Source: Candidatus Gastranaerophilales bacterium
GTDB taxonomy: Bacteria; Cyanobacteriota; Vampirovibrionia; Gastranaerophilales; Gastranaerophilaceae
Direction: 5' to 3'
DNA length: 54,656 nt
Assembly (NCBI GenBank): GCA_944323095.1
Contig: CALURE010000001.1
Coordinates: 1-54,656 of the forward strand
Shown here piece by piece: positions 39,775 through 48,278 of the stretch. The notes beneath the pieces are model-generated. The model saw only the letters and a list, made by a program, of their open reading frames with translations. It was not told where the DNA came from and did not search any database. A program made the translations under genes and the position numbers. Each line of letters opens with the position of its first letter. Position 1 is the first letter of the stretch.

Positions 39775-39855
39775 ATGAGAATATTAAAAGAGAGAGTATT
39801 TATTCCTTCCTTCCTAAGACAAAATTTTTCCCCTTTAAAAGGGGGATTTTTTTTT
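39775..39855 (+). ncRNA. Candidate small RNA with CU-rich anti-SD motif
   Basis: Orphan plus-strand terminator (TTCCCCTT/AAGGGGGA + 9 T) with no plus-strand ORF in front; TTCCTTCCTTCCT at 39803-39815; weak TTGAAA-N16-TACTTT upstream; 5' end approximate. Confidence 0.4.
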
Positions 39856-39859
39856 GCAT

Positions 39860-39892
39860 AAAAAAAAGACCATATAATATGGTCTTTTTTTT
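39860..39892. terminator. Terminator hairpin downstream of pyk (bidirectional form)
   Basis: A8-GACCATA-TAA-TATGGTC-T8. Confidence 0.8.
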
Positions 39893-39910
39893 ATTCTTGT
39901 TTAATAAAAG

Positions 39911-41353
39911 TTACTCGGATAATAACCCGATTTTGTGAATTTTAATAAAGTTTGTACCGCCGACAAGAAGTTCTGGAACTGAACCTGTAATTACAACATA
40001 ATCACCCTTTTCAAGTCCCAAACCGTTAATAAGGAATTTATCCAGTTCTAATAATGATTTTTTATCAATAGATGCTTGAAAATCAACAGGGATAGGATAA
40101 ACACCTCTGTATAATTTTATATCGCGGCAAATATGTTTATGCGGGCAGCAGGCAAAAATAGGAACACTTAATTTTGCTTCTGCAAGCATGGATGCTGTAA
40201 AACCGCTGCCTGTGAGGGCAATTGCAGCTTTTACATCCATTTTTCTGGTCATATCTGCAATAGACATGCCAATTGCCATTGCCTGAGAATCTTTTTCTTC
40301 TTCAATCATTTTACGAGGGAATTTATTTTTTCTCATAAATGGAGAAGCTTCAACATTATCCGCAATTTTTTTCATCATTGAAACAGCTTCTACAGGATAA
40401 GCGCCTGCTGCAGTTTCACCTGAAAGCATTATTGCATCTGTTCCGTCAAGAATTGCGTTTGCAACGTCGGAAGTTTCTGCACGGGTCGGAATAGGATTTT
40501 CAATCATGCTGTCTAACATCTGTGTTGCAACAATAACTACTTTTCTTTTAGCATTTGCTTTTCTAATAATAGTTTTTTGTACAATAGGAACTTTTTCATT
40601 TGAAATTTCAATACCTAAGTCGCCTCTTGCAACCATTATACCGTCAGAAACTTCGATGATTGCATCAATATTTTCAACGGCCTGAGGTTTTTCAATTTTA
40701 GAAATAATTCTTGCTGTGTCATTTCCGTGTTCGTGAAGCAGTTCTCTTAATTTAACAACATCAGATGCCTGTCTTACAAAAGACAAACCGAGGTAATCAA
40801 TGTCGTTATGTGCTGCAAATTCAACAAACTTTAAGTCTCTTTCTGTCAGAACATCAAGGCTGCCCTGTGAACCCGGAATATTAATACCTTTTCTTTGTTT
40901 CAAGAGTCCGTCAGTCAATACTTCAGCAAAAATTACTTTATCTTCAACTTTTTTTACTTCAAGTTGAATTTTCCCGTCATCAATCATAATTTGTTCACCT
41001 GGAGTGACATCATCAGCCATGCCTTTATAATCTACAGGTAATATATCCCCTGTAACCTCAGGCTGGTGGCGGAATTTCAAAATTTCTCCTTTGTGAATTT
41101 CAATAGATTCCGGCAGATTTCCGATTCTGATTTTCGGTCCCTGTAAATCTAAAAGTACCGGAATCAGAGTCTTTTCTTCTTTTTCAATTTCTCTGATGTA
41201 AGACAAATTTGTTTTGTGCATTTCAACATCGCCATGTGAGGAATTTAATCTGAACATGGTGACTCCGGCTTTTAAAAGCTCTCTGATTTTTTCCTTGGTT
41301 GACGTTGCCGGTCCTAGTGTGGCAACAATTTTCGTCATAGTGTAATTATCCAT
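39911..41353 (-). CDS. pyk: Pyruvate kinase
   Basis: TKIVATLGPA, DLQGPKIR, KIE, MVARGDLG, ATQMLDSM, MLSGETA. Confidence 0.97.
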   Translation of the reverse strand: MDNYTMTKIVATLGPATSTKEKIRELLKAGVTMFRLNSSHGDVEMHKTNLSYIREIEKEEKTLIPVLLDLQGPKIRIGNLPESIEIHKGEILKFRHQPEVTGDILPVDYKGMADDVTPGEQIMIDDGKIQLEVKKVEDKVIFAEVLTDGLLKQRKGINIPGSQGSLDVLTERDLKFVEFAAHNDIDYLGLSFVRQASDVVKLRELLHEHGNDTARIISKIEKPQAVENIDAIIEVSDGIMVARGDLGIEISNEKVPIVQKTIIRKANAKRKVVIVATQMLDSMIENPIPTRAETSDVANAILDGTDAIMLSGETAAGAYPVEAVSMMKKIADNVEASPFMRKNKFPRKMIEEEKDSQAMAIGMSIADMTRKMDVKAAIALTGSGFTASMLAEAKLSVPIFACCPHKHICRDIKLYRGVYPIPVDFQASIDKKSLLELDKFLINGLGLEKGDYVVITGSVPELLVGGTNFIKIHKIGLLSE

Positions 41354-41400
41354 ATTCTTCCTTTCTTAATTGGGTAAATAATTCAGATTTTAATTACATG

Positions 41401-41429
41401 TTTACAAAAATTAATTTGTACGTTATAAT
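41401..41429 (+). promoter_or_regulatory. Sigma70-type promoter of the SLH protein gene
   Basis: TTTACA-N17-TATAAT. Confidence 0.65.
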
Positions 41430-41473
41430 CATACACGAAAAAGGTTTACTAGTAAATATGAGGATGTAAGAAA

Positions 41474-42748
41474 ATGAAAAAGATTATTTCAGGGGCTCTG
41501 GCATTAAGTTTACTGGCTTTTAATGCTGTTCCCGCAATGGCTGCATCTATTGCAGACGTAAATCAAAATTACTGGGCAAGCAAAGAGATTAATGCTGTTG
41601 TAGATAACAACATTATGACTTTGACCGGTAATCGGTTTAATCCTGAAGGTAATATGACAAGAGTTGAATTTGTTAATGCTCTTTTGAAAGTTTTGTCTGA
41701 TGAAAATTTAAATGTTACAATTTCAAATAAATTTTCAGATGTTTCTAAATCAAATCCGAACTATGACAATATTTTACGTTCACAGCAGCTCGGGTTGGTT
41801 TACGGTTATCCTGACGGAACATTTAAGCCGGGAAAATCTGTCTTGAGATCTGAAGCTCAATCTGTTATCAGCCATATTACTAAAGATATGCAGGCTGACA
41901 AATCTATTTTAAATCAATTCAAAGATGCTTCAGCTATTCCTTCATGGGCTAAAAATGTTTATGCTAAAACAATTAACTATGGTATTTATGTAAATTATCC
42001 TGACTCAAGAGAATTGAGACCTAATGATAATTTATCAAGAGCAGAAGCTGCTGTTCTGCTTGCAAAACTTAAAGAAAAACTTGATCTCGTAAAACAACAG
42101 TATTTGGGTGTTACAAGAGTTGAACATCTTGCAGTTAAGAAAAATGCTCCAAATGACGAAGTTAAAGTTAACAATGTTCAAAGTATCATTGGTGAAGGTA
42201 ACGTTTTAGTTGTTGCTTTTGACGAAAAATTTAAATCAGAAGATCATAAAGCAGGTGATATCGTTAATTTCACTGCAAATCAAGATATTTATACCGAAGA
42301 AGGAACTTTAATTATTCCTGCAGGTACAAAATTTATTGCTCAAATTAACGATATTAAAGATCCGAAATGGTTTAATAAAAATGCAAGAGTTTATCCGCAA
42401 TTGCAGAAAGTAATTTTGCCGGATGGTAAAGAGTTAGCTTTCAATGCAAAACCTTTTTCTAAAGATTACTCTTTGAAAGAAGGACCATGGATGACTACAG
42501 GCAAACTTGTATTATGCACATTGACCGGCGGTGCAATCGGTACAGGTGCCGGTGTTGGTTTTGCATTTATTCCAAGTCCTGATTTAATTGGTACAGGTGT
42601 TGCTATCGGTCTGCCTGTTGGCGCAGCTGTTGGTCTTGCAACAGGGCTTGTAACTAAAGGACTTCAGTACCATGCAAAAGCTGGTGAAGAAATATACGTC
42701 ATTTTATTGGATGATGCTACTTTGACAAGAGTAAAACAAGCTCTTTAA
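41474..42748 (+). CDS. S-layer homology (3x SLH) exported protein with C-terminal glycine-zipper region
   Basis: Signal peptide AMA|A; TRVEF, GYPDGTFKP..RSEA and RPNDNLSRAEAA SLH motifs; GGAIGTGAGVG...GAAVGLATG. Confidence 0.85.
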   Translation: MKKIISGALALSLLAFNAVPAMAASIADVNQNYWASKEINAVVDNNIMTLTGNRFNPEGNMTRVEFVNALLKVLSDENLNVTISNKFSDVSKSNPNYDNILRSQQLGLVYGYPDGTFKPGKSVLRSEAQSVISHITKDMQADKSILNQFKDASAIPSWAKNVYAKTINYGIYVNYPDSRELRPNDNLSRAEAAVLLAKLKEKLDLVKQQYLGVTRVEHLAVKKNAPNDEVKVNNVQSIIGEGNVLVVAFDEKFKSEDHKAGDIVNFTANQDIYTEEGTLIIPAGTKFIAQINDIKDPKWFNKNARVYPQLQKVILPDGKELAFNAKPFSKDYSLKEGPWMTTGKLVLCTLTGGAIGTGAGVGFAFIPSPDLIGTGVAIGLPVGAAVGLATGLVTKGLQYHAKAGEEIYVILLDDATLTRVKQAL

Positions 42749-42780
42749 TATATAAATTGTGAACCTTTTTAATATTAGTA

Positions 42781-42819
42781 TATAGTAGGACTGCTTTCGG
42801 GTAGTCCTATTATATTTTT
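42781..42819 (+). terminator. Intrinsic terminator after the SLH gene
   Basis: TATAGTAGGACTGCT-TTCG-GGTAGTCCTATTATA followed by T-run. Confidence 0.75.
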
Positions 42820-42907
42820 GGCTATAGTAAAATGTTTTAAAAAATTTTAAAATAAATGTGTAAATTGATTTTACAAATTTTGTCAAAAATTTATTTGGGA
42901 GTATTTT

Positions 42908-43270
42908 ATGAAAAATTTATGTATTACTTTTGCTCTTGTTGGAGCTATGTTATTTTCAACTCAGGGGGCCTTCGCTGCATGGGAAGGTATGCAGTCGTTA
43001 AATCCGATGCCGTATCTGTCTTATCTTAACCCGCTTCCTTATTTTGGAATAGGTGAAAATAAAACAAGTTTTAGTTTAAATCCGTTTACCGGTTTTAAAA
43101 ACTGCAACCCATGTAAAGTTAAAAAGGTAAAATGTGACGAGTGTACTAGAATTAAAGTTAACCCTTGTCCGACTTGCAGAAAGGCTTTTGCTGATACAAA
43201 CTGTGATCCTTGTAATCGAATTTATATTCAGCAACTGCCTGAGCCGAGATGCACTTCATGCGGACATTAA
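42908..43270 (+). CDS. Small exported Cys-rich protein (120 aa)
   Basis: Signal peptide AFA|A; three LNP repeats; five CxxC pairs. Confidence 0.75.
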   Translation: MKNLCITFALVGAMLFSTQGAFAAWEGMQSLNPMPYLSYLNPLPYFGIGENKTSFSLNPFTGFKNCNPCKVKKVKCDECTRIKVNPCPTCRKAFADTNCDPCNRIYIQQLPEPRCTSCGH

Positions 43271-43296
43271 AAAAAGAGCCGGCCGGCTCTTTTTTT
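43269..43296. terminator. Bidirectional terminator
   Basis: A-run + GAGCCGGCCGGCTC palindrome + T-run between convergent genes. Confidence 0.8.
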
Positions 43297-44131
43297 AATA
43301 TGTGATAATATTTTTAAGAGTATTAAATATTTTGTCAGTAATTTCTTGAATATACTCCTGAGAAACCATTCCGTTAATGACTGCATCAGAAATTGGATAT
43401 GAAGGTCTTATATATTGCTGTGCAGTTCTGTTTACATCCTGAAACTGTAAATCCGCAGCAGTGCCGGTTTTACCTCTTAATGCTGCCCTTCTGTACCATC
43501 TGTCTTTAATTACTTCAAGAGGAGTAAAAACATAAACTTTTACATCCATTATGTCTCTTAAGCCTTCATTCAGTACGTATAAGCCTTCTGTTAACACGAC
43601 TTTAGCCGGCTTTTTTAATTCTCCTTCGGGATTTGAAACACATGTGACAAAGTCATATTTAGGAGAAGTTATTTCTTTGCCTGATTTAAGTTTCATAAGG
43701 TGCTTTTTCATCAGTTCAAGATCAATTGCATCAGGGGTGTCAAAACTGAAACCGGTTTTAAATAATGCTTCATAACTGCCTGCTTCTTCAAGTTCTTTTG
43801 AAGTATCTTTATAATAGTCATCACAGCGTATTACTGTATAAATGCCTTCTTTTTTCTCTTTTACACATGCTTTAATTGTGTTATCAACAAAAACAGTTTT
43901 TCCTGATGCGCTTTCGCCCGTAATACCTATGAGAAAAGTTTTCTTTTTTTCCTGTACAACTTTTCTGGCTATATTTAAAATAAGATTTTCAGAAGTCCTT
44001 AAAAATAACGGTTGTGGCTGAAGTTTGTCTTCTTCTAATATTTTTTTCAGTGCATCAACGATATTTGTTATAACTTCCATATCGCGTCTGCTTGAGTAGT
44101 AATCATAACTTGTTAAAAAATCAGTTGCCAT
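43295..44131 (-). CDS. Uridine kinase / phosphoribulokinase-family P-loop kinase
   Basis: IGITGESASGKT, DDYYKD, FDTPDA, PKYDF, EGLY. Confidence 0.8.
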   Translation of the reverse strand: MATDFLTSYDYYSSRRDMEVITNIVDALKKILEEDKLQPQPLFLRTSENLILNIARKVVQEKKKTFLIGITGESASGKTVFVDNTIKACVKEKKEGIYTVIRCDDYYKDTSKELEEAGSYEALFKTGFSFDTPDAIDLELMKKHLMKLKSGKEITSPKYDFVTCVSNPEGELKKPAKVVLTEGLYVLNEGLRDIMDVKVYVFTPLEVIKDRWYRRAALRGKTGTAADLQFQDVNRTAQQYIRPSYPISDAVINGMVSQEYIQEITDKIFNTLKNIITY

Positions 44132-44223
44132 TCCAGTTCCCTTTTATATATTCTAATATTTTACATTAAAGTTAATTTATTTTGTATTAATAATAAATTT
44201 TGTAACAATATTATGAAATATTT

Positions 44224-44251
44224 TAAAGATTGTTCAAAATTATGCCGTTAT
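44224..44251 (+). promoter_or_regulatory. Sigma28 (FliA/SigD)-like promoter
   Basis: TAAA-N16-GCCGTTAT upstream of the small ORF at 44315. Confidence 0.45.
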
Positions 44252-44314
44252 GGGAATATGTGTAGTACGCCTCAGTTCTTTAATGAATTTGATTAATTAA
44301 AAGGAGATTTGCGA

Positions 44315-44488
44315 ATGTATCATGATGAAATTTTTGAAAATGCACTTAGAGATGTAAAAGAAGAAAGTTATCAGGCATTAAAGCAGGAAATATCCTCAAT
44401 GGAATCTGCTATCGAGCGATTTATAAGAAATGTTCTTGAATGCACATCATCTAAATCGGAAAGAGATTTTAACGTAACATCTATTTAA
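44315..44488 (+). CDS. Unannotated small acidic helical protein (57 aa, MYHDEIFENALRDVKEES...FNVTSI)
   Basis: Hand-translated; AAGGAG RBS; own terminator at 44495-44519; below ORF-track cutoff. Confidence 0.7.
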   Translation: MYHDEIFENALRDVKEESYQALKQEISSMESAIERFIRNVLECTSSKSERDFNVTSI

Positions 44489-44494
44489 TAAAGA

Positions 44495-44519
44495 AAAAAT
44501 ACCGCTTAGCGGTATTTTT
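44495..44519. terminator. Bidirectional terminator
   Basis: AAAAATACCGC-TTA-GCGGTATTTTT. Confidence 0.8.
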
Positions 44520-44527
44520 CTTTATAG

Positions 44528-44580
44528 TTGTATCGCTGTCTGCGTGTGCAAATTGGAGTCACAAACAAGTTCGTGATGAC
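44528..44580 (+). repeat. Decayed relic of the MITE/REP family
   Basis: TTGTATCGCTGTCTGC (12/16 match to the MITE end) and GAGTCACAAACAAGTTCGTGATGAC resembling the distal hairpin of copy 1. Confidence 0.45.
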
Positions 44581-44590
44581 AAAAATTATA

Positions 44591-45925
44591 TTATATCTGT
44601 CCGTATATAAACGGGTTAAATGATGCTATATTTTGCGTCTGTGCAAATATATTACCGGTTTGCGGCTGTACCGTTCCGCCTGCAAGTGCTGAAAGGGAAT
44701 TAATAAGATCAGAATATTCAGGATTTATCTGGCTTTCGCTGTTTGTTTCACTTAGAGCTGTTGTTGTGCTTTTTTCATCAATTATTTTTGTATATGTGTT
44801 AATTATTTCTTGATCTGAGCATCCGCCATCTTCTTGTGCTTTTGCATCTGTTTTTTTGATTAGTTCCTGCTTTCCTTCTTTAGTAGTAACAGCATTTATT
44901 GCTAATCTTCTTGCTTCTTCTTCTTTATGTTTTTGGAGTTCTGATTTGCCAGTAATTGATTTCATACCTTTACCGGCAAGCCAGCTGCAAAGAACTCCGG
45001 TGCCTACCCCGATTATGCCGCCGACAACACCGCCTATTGCAGTTCCTACAGGACCGCCAATACATGTTCCGATTGTAGCACCTATTTTAGCTCCTGCAAT
45101 ACCGCCTACTTTTGCGCCGACTGCGTAACCGACACCTTCTGCAGCAACTACTGCAGTTGTTTTAGCCAGCTGCTTTGTCCCCTTTTTTGCACCGCATTCT
45201 TTATATGTTTCAACAATTTCAGGAGTTTCTACAGCAAGTGCAATGGCTGCTGTTGCAAGACCTCCGCCTTTTGCCCCTTTAGAAAGTGCCCGTACAGTTT
45301 TATTTGAACTTACTGCCCCTTTTTTTAATGCTCCGTCAACTGCATTATAGCCGGAATATTTCTTTATTCCTGCCCAGACTTTTCCTCTTTTTGTTGCCGG
45401 TTTTATCAGACCGGATTTTATGGCATTATGAACGTTTAAATCAGCTTTTGCTATTGCATCATCAACTTTTTTTAAGTGGTCTTTTAATGCTTTTCCTGTT
45501 AATTTTTTTGCTTTAGCTTCTTCAATAAGCCTTTTGGCTTCTGCATAATATGATGCTTTGGTTCCTGTTGAAGGTAAACTTTTAGCTGCATTTGTAATTT
45601 TGTCGTAATAGCTTCTGTTGTTTATTGTTTCAAAAATATTTTTACCTTTAAGGTGTTCAACGGAAGCTTTTGCTGCTGCATTGTTTGCCTTTACCTGCTT
45701 CCATGCAGATGTGTAATTTCCGCGATTTTGCCATAACCATTTGGGTCCGTTCCAAAAAATACCTTTGCCGGCCTGAAATGCTACGGGTAATGCCATGATC
45801 CCGCCTGTAAACATAAGTTCTGACTGCAAATTGTTTATGCTGAAAGGATCGTGATTAATCTGCGCTCCTGCTGCATAACTTGCGAGTCTGTAATAGTCGT
45901 TCATATTTACCGGATTTGTAGACAT
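44591..45925 (-). CDS. Lineage-specific glycine-zipper membrane protein
   Basis: Long GxxxG run (GVGYAVGAKVGGIAGAKIGATIG...GGIIGVGTG), K/A-rich helices, polar tail ending SFNPFIYGQI; ATG 45925 with AGGGG RBS. Confidence 0.8.
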   Translation of the reverse strand: MSTNPVNMNDYYRLASYAAGAQINHDPFSINNLQSELMFTGGIMALPVAFQAGKGIFWNGPKWLWQNRGNYTSAWKQVKANNAAAKASVEHLKGKNIFETINNRSYYDKITNAAKSLPSTGTKASYYAEAKRLIEEAKAKKLTGKALKDHLKKVDDAIAKADLNVHNAIKSGLIKPATKRGKVWAGIKKYSGYNAVDGALKKGAVSSNKTVRALSKGAKGGGLATAAIALAVETPEIVETYKECGAKKGTKQLAKTTAVVAAEGVGYAVGAKVGGIAGAKIGATIGTCIGGPVGTAIGGVVGGIIGVGTGVLCSWLAGKGMKSITGKSELQKHKEEEARRLAINAVTTKEGKQELIKKTDAKAQEDGGCSDQEIINTYTKIIDEKSTTTALSETNSESQINPEYSDLINSLSALAGGTVQPQTGNIFAQTQNIASFNPFIYGQI

Positions 45926-45962
45926 CAATCCATTTCCCCTTAATTAATTCCCCGTATATAAT

Positions 45963-46012
45963 ATATAAAAATTTTTAATTGAAAAAATTGCTTGCTTGTA
46001 AAGAATTGTAAA
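45963..46012 (-). promoter_or_regulatory. Shared upstream motif copy B
   Basis: Minus strand TTTACAAT-TC-TTTACAAG, then GCAAT-N15-TTTTTATAT. Confidence 0.5.
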
Positions 46013-46040
46013 TCAGCGGTTTATATAAATCGCTGATTTA
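46009..46040 (-). terminator. Hairpin right after the 46041-46949 stop codon
   Basis: TAAATCAGCGGTTT...AAATCGCTGATTTA inverted repeat. Confidence 0.6.
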
Positions 46041-46949
46041 CTAGCATTGAAAATTAAGTCTGTTAAGCCCTGATGTCATAGCCATAAAGTCTTGCTCCAT
46101 TGGATTTCCAAATCCGCCGCTGTAAAGCATTTTTTGCATTGCCATCAATTGCTGAGGGCTCATAGTTGGTTGTGGAATATTTAATTGAGGTAATGGCTGT
46201 GGTGTATTTATTCCATTATTCATTGCGAATGGATTCATTCCGTAATTTTGCATCATTGCCTGCTGTTGAGCAAGCTGTTCCTGCTGTGCCTGTTCAGCTT
46301 CTGCTTTCTTTTCGGAATGACTTTTGCCGGTAAATTTACTCATTAACCAGTCGCCTGCCATATAACCTGCCATAAATCCTACAAATGGAACAGGTATTAA
46401 TGCCTGGGTAATTGCCCCCATTGCTGTGCCGGCACCGACTCTAAGAGCTGTTTTACATGTTTCTCCAACTCCGCCTCCAAGACCTTCATCTTTGAATGCA
46501 GAAAAAATATTCGGAATTTCCGGCAGAATTACCATTAATGTAAATATTAACGGCATTCTTTTTGCAAGTCCGCTTAAGGCACCCTTAAACTGTGTCCAGC
46601 CTTTTGAAAATCCTGTTTTACCTGCTCTATCTGCTTTTCTGCCGCCGGCTTTCCAGCCTTGCATAATTTTTTTCGGTGTTGTTTTAAGAGCCTCCCAGGT
46701 ACTTTTCCAGAAACCTCCATGTTTTGTCTTAAGCATTGCATTATGTTGTTCTGCTGCATGTGCTCCGTTTTTTATACCGGACCAAACAGATTCTAAATAT
46801 TTTTGTCCGTTTAATTTTCGGTTTTTAACAGTGCTGCGCATTGCTTCACAAAAAGCTTCGTTTCCTGTACCGAGTACAAAGTCAGGGTACATTTTCCCTG
46901 CGCGTTTAATATATTTCCAGCCGTTTGATGCAATGGTACCTATTCCCAT
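46041..46949 (-). CDS. Lineage-specific membrane protein with short glycine zipper and Q/M/P-rich tail
   Basis: Basic amphipathic W/K/G-rich N-half; GAGTAMGA...GFMAGYMAG; QQQAMMQNYGMNPF tail. Confidence 0.8.
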   Translation of the reverse strand: MGIGTIASNGWKYIKRAGKMYPDFVLGTGNEAFCEAMRSTVKNRKLNGQKYLESVWSGIKNGAHAAEQHNAMLKTKHGGFWKSTWEALKTTPKKIMQGWKAGGRKADRAGKTGFSKGWTQFKGALSGLAKRMPLIFTLMVILPEIPNIFSAFKDEGLGGGVGETCKTALRVGAGTAMGAITQALIPVPFVGFMAGYMAGDWLMSKFTGKSHSEKKAEAEQAQQEQLAQQQAMMQNYGMNPFAMNNGINTPQPLPQLNIPQPTMSPQQLMAMQKMLYSGGFGNPMEQDFMAMTSGLNRLNFQC

Positions 46950-46982
46950 TTTCTACCTACCTTTATATAACCTACCTTAATT

Positions 46983-47043
46983 ACATAAAAAATTTTTATT
47001 TTTATAAATTGCTTTATTTTTAATCTTTGTTAAGATTTGTTAA
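46983..47043 (-). promoter_or_regulatory. Shared upstream motif copy C
   Basis: Minus strand TTAACAAA-TC-TTAACAAA, then GCAAT-N15-TTTTTTATGT. Confidence 0.5.
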
Positions 47044-47045
47044 TA

Positions 47046-47074
47046 TTTACAAACATTACAAACAGGTGTATAAT
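47046..47074 (+). promoter_or_regulatory. Sigma70-type promoter, likely leaderless
   Basis: TTTACA-N17-TATAAT; ATG 6 nt after the -10 box. Confidence 0.7.
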
Positions 47075-47080
47075 TAGACT

Positions 47081-47299
47081 ATGTATTGTGATGACGGTAA
47101 AATTTTTATAGAAGATGACGACCAGTGTATGGACTGTAAAAATTATGCAGAGGGTGTTTCATGCCCTTTGCTTACGGCGCTTGGACTTGGTGTTGTATAT
47201 CTTGAGGACAGCTTAACAGTTACAAATTGCGGTTTTTTTGAAAAATTTGAAAGAAAATTACACATTGTGAGGAATAATGACACGGATAACATTGATTAA
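47081..47299 (+). CDS. Small acidic Cys-containing protein (72 aa), possible metal binder
   Basis: CMDC...CPLL...NCGFF; overlaps the dehydrogenase start. Confidence 0.65.
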   Translation: MYCDDGKIFIEDDDQCMDCKNYAEGVSCPLLTALGLGVVYLEDSLTVTNCGFFEKFERKLHIVRNNDTDNID

Positions 47300-48278
47300 C
47301 GGAGACGGTATCGGACCTGAAATTTCTGATGCGGTTGTAAAAATTATAGAAGCAGCCGGTGTAAAAATCGACTGGGATATTCAATCAGCAGGGGCTGATG
47401 TTATTGAAAAAGAGGGGACTCCTTTACCGGAAAGAGTTATAAATTCAATTAAAGCAAATAAAGTCGCATTGAAGGCTCCTGTGACTACTCCAATCGGTAA
47501 AGGATTCCGCTCTGTTAATGTTCAGCTGCGTAAATCTCTTGATTTATATGCAAATCTGCGTCCGTGTAAGAATTTGCCTAACGTAAAAACAAAGTTTGAC
47601 AATGTTGATATTGTTGTAGTTAGAGAAAACACGGAAGATTTGTATGCTGGTATTGAACGTCAGGTTGATGAGAACACCGCAGAAAGCATAAAAGTAATTA
47701 CACGAAAAGCGTCAGAGAGAATTTGTAAGTTCGCATTTGATTATGCTGAAAAAAATAATAGAAATGAGGTTTGTGTTGTTACAAAAGCTAATATCATGAA
47801 ACTTTCTGACGGCTTGTTTCTTGATTGTTACAGAAAAGTGTCACAGTCTTATCCGCAAATCAAAAAGCGTGAAATTCTTGTTGACAATCTTTGTATGCAG
47901 CTTGTTCAAAATCCTTCACAGTTTGATGTGCTTGTGCTGCCAAATCTATACGGGGATATTGTATCTGATTTATGTGCCGGTCTAATCGGCGGGCTAGGTG
48001 TTGCGCAGGGGGCAAATATCGGCTCTGATTATGCTGTATTTGAACCTGTTCACGGCTCTGCTCCGGATATAAAAGGCCGGAATAAAGCAAATCCGATGGC
48101 TCTTTTGCTTTCGGCTGTTGAAATGCTTAAATATATAGGTGAAAATATGTTTGCAGCGAAAATTGAAAAAGCTTTATATAAAACATTATCTCAGGGAAAA
48201 TGCACATGTGATTTAGGCGGAAATTTAACCACTGAAAAATTCCGGGATGCAATAATTGAAAATTTAAGCATTTTGTAA
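47277..48278 (+). CDS. icd: Isocitrate/isopropylmalate dehydrogenase family, IDH-like
   Basis: GDGIGPEI, SVNVQLRK, RENTEDLY, KANIMK, NLYGDIVSDL, EPVHGSAPDI. Confidence 0.75.
   Translation: MTRITLINGDGIGPEISDAVVKIIEAAGVKIDWDIQSAGADVIEKEGTPLPERVINSIKANKVALKAPVTTPIGKGFRSVNVQLRKSLDLYANLRPCKNLPNVKTKFDNVDIVVVRENTEDLYAGIERQVDENTAESIKVITRKASERICKFAFDYAEKNNRNEVCVVTKANIMKLSDGLFLDCYRKVSQSYPQIKKREILVDNLCMQLVQNPSQFDVLVLPNLYGDIVSDLCAGLIGGLGVAQGANIGSDYAVFEPVHGSAPDIKGRNKANPMALLLSAVEMLKYIGENMFAAKIEKALYKTLSQGKCTCDLGGNLTTEKFRDAIIENLSIL

Noticed and set aside
46426-46980. 184-aa plus-strand ORF
   Set aside because: Antisense shadow of the 302-aa gene; no RBS or recognisable features
47046-47063. TTACA repeat as another HLR1 box
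   Set aside because: Period is 9 rather than 10 nt and the first copy is explained as a -35 box
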